Assembly (NCBI GenBank): GCA_902801485.1
Contig: CADCIP010000010.1
Location: 25,465-89,464, forward strand
Direction: 5' to 3'
DNA: 64,000 nucleotides
Origin: an uncultured Bacteroidales bacterium
GTDB taxonomy: Bacteria; Bacteroidota; Bacteroidia; Bacteroidales; Bacteroidaceae
The notes beneath the pieces are model-generated. The model saw nothing but the letters and a program-made list of their open reading frames with translations. It searched no databases and was not told where the DNA came from. Position 1 is the stretch's first letter. Every line of letters begins with the position of its first letter. Both the position numbers and the translations under genes were made by a program. Shown one piece after another: positions 55,701-59,934 of this stretch.

Positions 55701-57110
55701 GTTGTTGATGTCTCCACCAGCAATTACCAAACGTGCCGACAAACCGGGCGGGAACTTATATTTGGGGTCCTCCAGCTTGATGTCCTCAATAGCTACATAG
55801 TCGGGCTCAAAAGTATCATCCGGAACATCTGGTTCCAGCTTTCCAGATTTCAATGGTACAACATCAGCCATACGGCAACCGCCAAAGACGTTGTCCACTT
55901 TAAGGGTTGAGGTTTCTGGTATTTCCAGCAGCAGACCTACGGGACTGGTCATGGCTCCCTTGTTTCCACCGCTGTACAGGTTACGGACCTTACCGCTCTG
56001 CAGGTCCCATTTGGGACGGATAGCCATTTCAGCCATATTGTTTCCACCAAACATACGACCAACCTGGAAGGCATCGCTGGAAGGATAAGATAAGGCAAGG
56101 TTGATACCCATGTCCCTGAAACGTGCATCTATCAGCAACTCACCAGCATGCTCATCGTCACCAGCATTTTTGCTTGTAATTCTTGTATCCTTAATGCTGG
56201 TTACTACCTCACTGGGGTTGTCATAATGAATGACAGTTTCTTCTGTTATGGTAGCGTTGTTACCGCCTCCGTAAACATAGTCGATGGAGCCTCCCTCAAG
56301 ATCCAAGAATGTCTTCTGCAACTCCGGTCGGTTAAAGCCGGTTTCGCCAGGCTCTGTAATCTTTGTGGCGATAACTGTGTTTTCACCTACATTCTTGATA
56401 GTGTGGATGATTTTTCCGTTTCCGTCAGGTTTTTGTTCATAATCATATTCACCATTACCACCGGCAAAGACCTGACCAATGTATATTTTGCCTTCTTGTG
56501 CTTCTGTCTTTATATCATTGGTAGTTCTAAATCCTTCATCGCCTTCTTGCAGACTATTTGCTGTGTTGTATTCATCGCATTCTGCCTGTGTATAGTGAAC
56601 GGCATCGGTTTTTGTTGTTCCAATATGAACATAACTGTTCCAGGTGTTATCTACACCTTTTGCGGTAGCATCTCCAGAGGTTAACCACGTGGGTAGGTTT
56701 GCTGTGCCAATGTTACCGGAGATGTCATTACCACCAAAGACTTGGTTAACTACAATATAGTCACTTGCGGTCTTGCACGTTACATTAACAGATGTGTTAC
56801 CGCCCACATTGGCCATACGGGCACCACCAAATACCTTACCTCTTGGGTTGTCTAATTGCTTATCGTTGTTGGTATAGCGCGATCCTATATCACCAGCCTT
56901 AACCTCAACCTTGGTGCTACCTTCCACATTACCTTGGTTACCACCACCATACACATTACCACCAATACGGATTTGACCGTAAACATTGAACATTGAACAT
57001 TGAACATTGAACATGAAGATAAAGGCCATAAGCCCCCTAAGCCCTATAGATTTTATGGGGCTTATAAGCTGCTTCATTATGGTCTTTATTCTTCTCATTC
57101 TTTTTATCAA
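43767..57110 (-). CDS. Giant T9SS cargo protein (4447 aa in the ORF track; probable ATG at 57098): beta-solenoid N-half, mixed middle, GLUG-like region and C-terminal sorting domain
   Basis: Uninterrupted 13.3-kb ORF. The track start is TTG, and the first ATG gives MRRIKTIMKQ.. . Repeats of the type GNVYGGGNQGNVEGSTKVEVKAG occur in the N-half. The C-terminus is a T9SS CTD (see feature 43770-43973). Confidence 0.9.
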   Translation of the reverse strand: MIKRMRRIKTIMKQLISPIKSIGLRGLMAFIFMFNVQCSMFNVYGQIRIGGNVYGGGNQGNVEGSTKVEVKAGDIGSRYTNNDKQLDNPRGKVFGGARMANVGGNTSVNVTCKTASDYIVVNQVFGGNDISGNIGTANLPTWLTSGDATAKGVDNTWNSYVHIGTTKTDAVHYTQAECDEYNTANSLQEGDEGFRTTNDIKTEAQEGKIYIGQVFAGGNGEYDYEQKPDGNGKIIHTIKNVGENTVIATKITEPGETGFNRPELQKTFLDLEGGSIDYVYGGGNNATITEETVIHYDNPSEVVTSIKDTRITSKNAGDDEHAGELLIDARFRDMGINLALSYPSSDAFQVGRMFGGNNMAEMAIRPKWDLQSGKVRNLYSGGNKGAMTSPVGLLLEIPETSTLKVDNVFGGCRMADVVPLKSGKLEPDVPDDTFEPDYVAIEDIKLEDPKYKFPPGLSARLVIAGGDINNVYGGNDITGKVTGGNAVGIRTSIRGDVYGGGNGAYAYTNNPELASHPYFKDLYFEQPSGATSIIGALNDFRPNAEQVSIHLRGKSAQEPTIIRGKVFLGGNCATLKSSMESPLVELKMGSHVIAENVFLGNNGEGMVKEDVLEFYAKGVDKDGKIGKVEDGYTDYFTIDFKQDASTFAEYMEGAALDMQPTLSFEKTPADKEDYIPYSSYIGSFFLGGNVGSMTYSGENSMTLNAPITIYNKFVGGCNDAYVPEGPYNAAYDGGIIGSLAERANSDGYTEGSGENKKIKDRLELNFTPYEGKGIRFEPKRLTETGTTLDNALEWNTVKWEDYTAVPNGTTLTEGKKYYTKESNNKYTEYTATGNEAADGSNYYEWTNGFVETTSGSGTGDATDDDIARRLLGGNVYGGCYHSGHVNGNIVINLENDLVKRDEVFAVVSNDPDRSLYDHPEDFKYHITQRNSGVILDEQGMDVLGSALNVFAGGYGKDSEVWGSTTINVKKSYTFQVFGGSEEGVIGKSTGTSNAADGTYDKTTGYYSFNGKRYEYNPAYSTTINLHGTADKYGTPRSDVNGREDMADIEFAYGGGFQGPVIGDTRVYLGNGRIFNSWGGACNADVLGHAETYIGKGLNASGLEEGGYPFIRDYTYGANDLGGRILNADNFTVNLNNQNRIATTYTHYDQGYAIGIFGGCYGDYDYEDPKYKSRVGDYMPYNHNAVVDIRPDENITNSAFASFNHLSKVFGGGQGAAGLEGDKMQDHSYVLINLPFYNLPGYDEGKTPQPFRDTEVFGAGRRNGMGMRYSKKETYEEDFVLDEATATIDLMSGQIGAAYGGSYEEGVTLRTVVNVPETSTIKIGSIFGGAYGLNYWTPCDVYEANVIYSSKDALLIYNPPRIDEDTKQPVGDPLQRGSIYGGNNNERRTIYSKVNINSPVNTEHWKYGSSTGYIFGAGLGADTWSEYTEVNLNDGAEVWEVYGGGQDGKVYNAQSVQKYMNDYAPDRPGKQDGDIVIPYEAWRLSGTYSDGSFYFDPLSDAQGSRNYTANNWTNLSNDRLVRTANEMDGRTKELLGNTGGKFNTNVIINEGAYVGNYAYGGGLGEYAKVAGTTYIALLGGKVNKDIYAAGTSGAVQDSVECKNFTASANVYIKGGTCRNVYGGGWNGEVGKHVGEFSDAPTNDIPGETNVVIGDLYVEGNNFTSGIPAVTRNVYGGGEGAPIYGNSNVTINNGYIGYEYNAALQDDQETDHDERYVEKIDDDTHKDKDGNHIPNSRLYEAGCVFGGGYVDNSSVDKTFVNLYDGHIRNSVFGGGEIAAIGRGKMSVSSTGGKTTRTLVGIYRPGRTDVEMFGGHVHRNVFGGGRGYNNLNEHGKLNCDGYIFGQTEVHIHGGEIGTTAGTANGDGNVFGGGDIGYVYSAYEYEEVTSGNEKVVKFGRGVKPEGSERYKDDYQGYYYKHKWYGDNSTGSNIDSQGFITETVTTGSTSKEERMLTEDCKVLIEPQCKVKTGETASFTGIHYAVGEKVATIDFNYLKENDSYKNKIDIFGNVIDPAGITFDRTYSAGTYVPIAALNTLKAKNDSEDKATWGQLDDFGIIIHNAVFAGGNTSSGSTTNANTISVFGNATASVHDIYHRDMITLGTGHTGGLYGDGNLTLVDGYRELNITNYGTDYYSIKKEITISEYKALPDREAAYYELKYKCKKTCQDKEHTWYYAEDGNTKASTITADDLLTLFLEYNETTKKYESVKDGTTAILNYNETNEVWEPNDTYWEENGVLPVYAGRLMNSIQRADFCGVFGSRMVMQGAQDRVPEIMDYTNYTINRVREVSLNKKISTAGDAVDTDGYMHGNYFGIYNIVNYLGALTSDVDFGGEDGAGDIRTTDNNNSIYKEDAKIQTGVDNEDNPTYTNYVYNQPGTDFYKWKKAFHQEHKRNNGNSHNKVALASGVYLELTTEESTGTDLNEKVWGPITGVIELDLINVQTGIGGGFVYAKNEHGKRSKTNHKNTTLTALNNGAVTKWDYQYDTSDNNKYEWETSGNFVHSTQTIIDDCYNVSGRYLSTDFVPAHYWFIKGQIYVYDQYISAYTGNPNAFSETIDIPLTIAAASHGKMHLINVQPNYYAYYASPGVKLESGKKIVINDKVYYLNDPISYWDYNLLSASEKELFKPETYVNCVDVCIDDDPVVHPAGTIVLTPNELANYGTHTYKDVEGNTIQDANKKNADEDYIFRSSNNVSHNRGYILTYKVNNPELWNTWYTKITPTGNEDKKISVSTFETKSTEDKLLYHDGPTYHLKSGTGSVLGQISYKVGELISSDVYDTYVKNINEDVNNNGTLDSGEDVNNNSQIDKKVTPEDGEQANFEEAYIVTQQVSIKDDETGETHHQNIGSTISKTKATTNTEYEGKAEPAYICTSTIKLSKDEFIYMNSKMTYGEMTGYVNSVKADMNKIMDDAGELTPEQIKALEIETDKKKSLTSLVTLREEITKKIVPAYYCTKEGLFGGNYYESGKNYRGLEAWSSMSETDRQKFDFNYDALDLLIDSLYSKDEEGNIVHEEGQKYQYDSAAGTPDGAEANPATYSLETPIDYTATYNSNETKELGYDISIKRVENNVPTIVTDDEIKKGDELSREVYESLNNEQRHYAAIDVKTAGEYYIVNKTFQIGNTVYAVGTTIDNATFVSLQETDGEIVKNPEEIDIIPFSETGTYYYCRENYTIDKNPVRDREGKNYYNGDEVTIGTIISTADINVTTKGYNNLTDVEKSNYETIHVEEAGDYYVVNTAFENKNVGDKITEEAYNNLTDEEKAKVTVLHFDSEDEGKDYYYCKNSYNIGNNDNAVKSIKGSNNNSYGAGATVPVGAIIGTDDTDHGLTFYRYSNLPNDQKNFTIHGISPTETSTFYVARNSDIYNLSKEKIITVIYQYDYEESDASGNVTPISERHVVNIHLQFKSGVPTVEDIIQPSMIIPGEYISMMEPDVTPGAYEITGGGWELFETPGDAESHVNGIDYDPQYDPLYWYQDDWYVAYYAKTYLGRTYSNHVPVSVANYHDLAEVMSDANKTHHMHIDNSGVKREPKIYINDYTTNDPQTTKNGLDELKRLFDLSLIEQKDEDHDGKPDPIGGTGTLAGHVPMESRVKGANKLQFILRTDIDHSKKLKTAATTENPAVYEDDPWTPIGKNDDDDNPANDICFEGTLHGDGHKITGLTSSLFSKLCGNVYNLGVTGSFTGGGVADYADEGYAENCWVMTTGTPVNTTKAIIGQTVGSGTQIENCYSLNTNTYKDTDDGRGIARPMPAQSFFNGEVAYNLNGFYLRKRYYDNNKSWTGTKVEYNYLQPNADGTLPEKMSTGDYPYNYAYYPIGTEDVARRRGYVEQRFKDGDYRYANGTIPDETDIRMRIVTEQDENNQDIDVVYFSPIWPDDYLYFGQALNYNQVTGLSHQELPAPIIRSNSRLLTNEYGNRVYRAPAYFRSKDMGVAYFNPYAIFTQSEKLTAEQIAANVTAHDAHKDMTAIDFSGYNDMYAANGTKNAYELKFGPNNTSTKFYAPLLDDDGLTGFNNIDLTKNLLAYTFADGKTATTVSAALADPTYAESTEGYRTVAANMYAIQGHWVQKMANPANDGIKYESVNDHLLVDKNDFNAPISYKFASDKRMWYQRTPDDDEFVTLTQDALTKGWQGISLPFAAELVTTQQKGEISHFYKGSDTGHEYWLRKLEKITDKDANNNVKVANFTYPDPDNNNKKDVTNTFLWDYYYKGIQGGHDQKDANTDLYRTYYEKKREYNGYPLLTQATPYLIGFPGSTYYEFDLSGSFIPLNTAKEPAKLDKQTITFASNPAITIRVSDDEILEAEAEATKNGYIFRPSYMNQTLAAGTTAWALNEDGDRYNKVPTEGDAVTVEAFRPYFTTVPSNGVREVNYIEFSNVASGTIEPDKDLQSRDTGRIEIYARGRSIVTVSGLKTAKTIHIVNATGALLASYTLEPGKTVITPVTAPGTYIVNKKKLYIK
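43770..43973 (-). other. T9SS (Por) C-terminal sorting domain, type A-like
   Basis: The last 68 aa are RDTGRIEIYARGRSIVTVSGLKTAKTIHIVNATGALLASYTLEPGKTVITPVTAPGTYIVNKKKLYIK. The pattern matches Por_Secre_tail: ..I.v....v..l.G.....i.N..G..v.......g...i.....GtYiv. Confidence 0.75.
45950..46215 (-). other. GLUG-like region of the 4447-aa protein
   Basis: ICFEGTLHGDGHKITGLTSSLFSKLCGNVYNLGVTGSFTGGGVADYADEGYAENCWVMTTG..IENCYSLN shows the same F.GT.(D/H)G.GH.I.GL..LF....G.v.NLgv pattern as the head of the 7536-aa protein. Confidence 0.4.
56980..57014 (-). repeat. In-CDS heptamer repeat ATGTTCA x4 (+ ATGTTTA) in the signal-peptide region of the 4447-aa gene
   Basis: The plus strand reads taaacat tgaacat x4. 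The coding strand encodes FMFNVQCSMFNVYGQ. Each unit contains an ATG. Confidence 0.9.
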
Positions 57111-57227
57111 CGATAACGTTAACGTTAACGATAACTATTTTATTCTTTTAATCTTTCTAAAGTCTAAAGTCTAGTGTCTATAGTCTTTAACCTTTTAACT
57201 GTCACCTATCACCTATCAACTATCAAC
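57108..57227. repeat. Concatenated short-repeat blocks: the GATAACGTTAACGTTAACGATAAC module, CTA[AGT][AGT]GT x4, CTTTAAC-like x2, T[GA]TCA[CA]C x4
   Basis: Read directly. Together with E6 they make up nearly the whole spacer between the 435-aa and 4447-aa genes. Confidence 0.9.
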
Positions 57228-57228
57228 T

Positions 57229-57259
57229 TTCCCTCCCCCAAGGGGGAGCCGGAGGGGGC
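57229..57259 (+). repeat. GC-rich palindromic element copy E6, 7 nt downstream of the 435-aa gene stop
   Basis: ttCCCTCCCCCaaGGGGGAGccGGAGGGGGC. Confidence 0.85.
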
Positions 57260-57265
57260 TTTTAA

Positions 57266-58573
57266 TTAATTCAGTTCCACCGTTGGATTATCCAGATCCC
57301 AATTTCCTAACTGGTACAGGTAGGTGGGTTTTAGGGTCAGTTTTATTGTATATTTTTTACCTCTGTCCAGGTATGGAATGCTGTTAAACAGTCTATACAT
57401 ATCTATTTTGTTTTCCACTATGCTATTCTTTCTGATCAGATGCTCATCACTTCTGTCATAGACATCATAGGTGCTGCGCAGCATATAGAAGTTGTTTATG
57501 TTGGGTACTACGTAGGCGTAATCCACATTATCTGTGTATTTTAATTCCTCTGAGTTTGCCACCGTTCCAGATGGAATCTCCACCTCGCCATCAAAGAATG
57601 TTATGAATGGCATAGGGTCACCAGTAGCGTTTTGTGAGAAGGTGATACTCGTGATGGGCGATGTTCCACCTGTTGCATCATCGTTAGCTGTCAGCGTTAC
57701 GGTAGCGTTAATTCCCTTTCGCTTCATAAGCGTGTTGTCATCATCGCTATTGTATGACGAATATCCCCTCAACTCCAATTTCTTCAACTTTATTTTACGC
57801 AGCGCTGCGTAAGTGTCATCAACATGGAACTGGAAGTCTATAGCAGCGTACAGGTGCTCAAAGAGCATGAAGAGGTAGTTGTGCGTATCAGCTCCGTTGT
57901 ATATGGTACAGGAGAAATCTCCTCTTCTTAGGGTCTTTTCGTCTGCGATTTCTGTGGCCGATTTACCCTCTTTCGCTCCCACCAGAATGCAAATATCTTC
58001 ACCTGATACGCTACCCATATTATTGAGAGTAAGTATAGCACCATTATCATATGAACTGTTAGGAGCAACAGAGGATGCCCCTGTCGCCTCATTTGGCGAG
58101 AAGCCATAGAGATACTGTATGCCAGCAGGTGCCTCTTTATCAATAATCCATTTGTTGGGAGTGGTGGTAGTATAATACCAGATATGCCGTTGTTCGACGG
58201 TTGTTGAATAGGTAAAGAATGCGCCAATAGAAGAATGCTTTATAGGTTCATAATAACCAGTAGGTGGTGTCCATTCATCAGCACGTGTCCCAGTGCTCTC
58301 CACATCCTCATAAGGTGCCAAGTAGCTCATTATCTGCACGGGAGCACCCTGCTCCTCAGCAGGTGGAACCTGCTCTGAGGAGCAGGAAGAGAAAATGAAG
58401 GCTGCGATTAAGAGAGAGGAGAGCCAAACTAGTTTGAGCTTTCCCGAACGTGAGCAGGCTCGACCGAAGGTCAAGAATGAAGAATGAAGAGTGAAGAATA
58501 GGCATAATATGCTCAGGCTCATGGATCTCATGGGCTTTATAAGCTTGCTTATTATGGTCTTTATTCTTCTCAT
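57266..58573 (-). CDS. Fimbrillin (Mfa-like, type V pilin)-family lipoprotein, 435 aa, with an unusually long N-terminal leader
   Basis: Lipobox ..AAFIFSSC at Cys64, then ..STGTRADEW (Arg97). An internal LYAAIDFQFHVD-type strand and overall beta-rich composition resemble the neighbouring pilin-like genes. Confidence 0.7.
   Translation of the reverse strand: MRRIKTIISKLIKPMRSMSLSILCLFFTLHSSFLTFGRACSRSGKLKLVWLSSLLIAAFIFSSCSSEQVPPAEEQGAPVQIMSYLAPYEDVESTGTRADEWTPPTGYYEPIKHSSIGAFFTYSTTVEQRHIWYYTTTTPNKWIIDKEAPAGIQYLYGFSPNEATGASSVAPNSSYDNGAILTLNNMGSVSGEDICILVGAKEGKSATEIADEKTLRRGDFSCTIYNGADTHNYLFMLFEHLYAAIDFQFHVDDTYAALRKIKLKKLELRGYSSYNSDDDNTLMKRKGINATVTLTANDDATGGTSPITSITFSQNATGDPMPFITFFDGEVEIPSGTVANSEELKYTDNVDYAYVVPNINNFYMLRSTYDVYDRSDEHLIRKNSIVENKIDMYRLFNSIPYLDRGKKYTIKLTLKPTYLYQLGNWDLDNPTVELN
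58472..58499. repeat. In-CDS heptamer repeat [CG]AAGA[AG]T x4, the same family (opposite orientation) as 924-944
   Basis: caagaat gaagaat gaagagt gaagaat. Encodes LFFTLHSSFLTF in the leader of the 435-aa protein. Confidence 0.85.
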
Positions 58574-58582
58574 TTTTTTTTG

Positions 58583-58686
58583 CTAGGCTAGCTAGTTTAA
58601 CTAGTCTCACTAGTTCTAACTAGGATTTGTTCAACCGTAAACCGTAAACGGTAAACTAATTATAATTTTTCACTTTTCACTTTTCA
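58583..58686. repeat. CTAG-word repeat, AAC[CG]GTA x3 and [TC]TTTTCA x3 blocks in the spacer between the 376-aa and 435-aa genes
   Basis: Read directly. The families are the same as at 13064-13117 and 14384-14432. Confidence 0.9.
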
Positions 58687-58704
58687 TTTTTTGCTGTGCA
58701 AAAA

Positions 58705-59835
58705 CTACCAATTATACAAATCATATTTCTGTTCACCACCATCATTCCAGTTTATCACACCCGTGTGGACCATATCCAGTTCCACACCACCACTCTCATT
58801 TATTTTAAATATGTACGTGTAGCTGTAGCTTGGCAGCCAAACCATATATTGTGCTGGTACCGTACAGTCTTTTTCCTCACCATTCACGGTTAATGAAAAC
58901 TCGTAGGCTCCCTGATTGCGATTAGGTACTACAGTGTACCATGGGCCAGCAGGAATAGCTGGGGTGACGCTATTGTCTCCCTCCTTCCAGGGAGTTGAAA
59001 GTTCTGCCATTGATGTCAACTCATCAAATTCTGTTGTTTCCCAACTCTCCTCCGTAACATTTCCGGTAATAGGGTAGGTTACTGTATAGGTACAATTGGT
59101 GTAGATGTCCTTTCCCTCTGCCATGGGGTGGAAGCTATAGTCTTTTAAGGTTGGGTCTAACTCATTTTCACTATTCTTTACAACGCGTACTATAAACCTT
59201 ACCTTAGCCAGAGGCTTTATAAACTTCAGGGTTACCGCCTCACCAAAAAGGTTAGTGCCTGTGTTGTCCGAGAACCATAGCTTGCTGTAGTATGGCGTGC
59301 TGGACTCATTCAGGGCATTGGCGGTAAAAGAGGTTTCGTAGGTGCCATCTGTGGTATTTTGGGTCACCGTTGCATCTGCCGATGTTCCTGTTACCGCAAA
59401 GAAGCGGTAGGCCTTGGCAGACCAGTCCCAGTATTTAGGTGTCTGGTCGGGATAAGCGATAAGGATATAGTCCCAACTGTTAGAGTTGGTAGTCGAACTG
59501 CCGGCGCTGTTATCTGCATATCTTACGCGGTATTCGTTCATAACCGTCTGGTAGGTAGAGTAGGGATTTCCCTGAGGCCCGTTGTTTTTAAAGGCCCAAA
59601 CGCGGAAAGATGTAACACCCGTGTTTTGCAGAGGAGTGCTGCCGGCGCGCGTCACCTCCTCGTCCTGCTGGTTAGCAGAGAAGGCGATAACCGTCTGCAA
59701 AGGCTCCGGCTTCTGCGGTTCCGGCACGTGATCGGAAGAGCAGGCCCCCACAAGCCCCATAAGCCCTATAAGCCCCACAAGCCCTATCAGCCTCATAGCC
59801 CCATTTGCCTTATAATCTTCCTCTCTCTCTCTCAT
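58705..59835 (-). CDS. Fimbrillin-family lipoprotein, 376 aa in the ORF track (probable start Met14 at 59796)
   Basis: MRLIGLVGLIGLMGLVGACSS lipoprotein signal (Cys32 in ORF numbering), VIAFSANQQDEEVTRAGS (Arg63), and VTLKFIKPLAKVRFIV, a fimbrillin-like strand. Confidence 0.75.
   Translation of the reverse strand: MREREEDYKANGAMRLIGLVGLIGLMGLVGACSSDHVPEPQKPEPLQTVIAFSANQQDEEVTRAGSTPLQNTGVTSFRVWAFKNNGPQGNPYSTYQTVMNEYRVRYADNSAGSSTTNSNSWDYILIAYPDQTPKYWDWSAKAYRFFAVTGTSADATVTQNTTDGTYETSFTANALNESSTPYYSKLWFSDNTGTNLFGEAVTLKFIKPLAKVRFIVRVVKNSENELDPTLKDYSFHPMAEGKDIYTNCTYTVTYPITGNVTEESWETTEFDELTSMAELSTPWKEGDNSVTPAIPAGPWYTVVPNRNQGAYEFSLTVNGEEKDCTVPAQYMVWLPSYSYTYIFKINESGGVELDMVHTGVINWNDGGEQKYDLYNW
59749..59802 (-). 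repeat. Six in-frame 9-nt units of the CATAAGCCC family encoding the signal-peptide h-region (LIGLVGLIGLMGLVG)
   Basis: cacaagccc cataagccc tataagccc cacaagccc tatcagcct catagcccc on the plus strand. Confidence 0.9.
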
Positions 59836-59872
59836 TCTTCTTTAACTCTTAACCTCTAACCTTTCTGTATTG

Positions 59873-59904
59873 CAAAGTTACTTCTTTTATTTAAACCTGC
59901 CAAA
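59873..59904 (-). promoter_or_regulatory. Internal promoter-like pair: -33 TTTG (59901-59904) and -7 TAACTTTG (59873-59880), 20-nt spacer
   Basis: Exact consensus matches on the minus strand, 31 nt after the 642-aa gene stop and 38 nt before the ATG at 59835. Confidence 0.45.
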
Positions 59905-59934
59905 TTCGTTATGTTAAATTTGTTTGTCAGTTGC

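Noticed and set aside
43890-56684. Plus-strand ORFs inside the 4447-aa gene (for example 46506-47135 at 209 aa, 56148-56684 at 178 aa)
   Set aside because: These are antisense shadows, for the same reason as in the 7536-aa gene. They have no start context and no coherent protein features.
20142-57110. A diversity-generating retroelement or shufflon acting on the giant adhesins
   Set aside because: There is no reverse transcriptase, no template/variable repeat pair and no recombinase in the window. The internal repeats are diverged protein modules rather than near-identical DNA cassettes.
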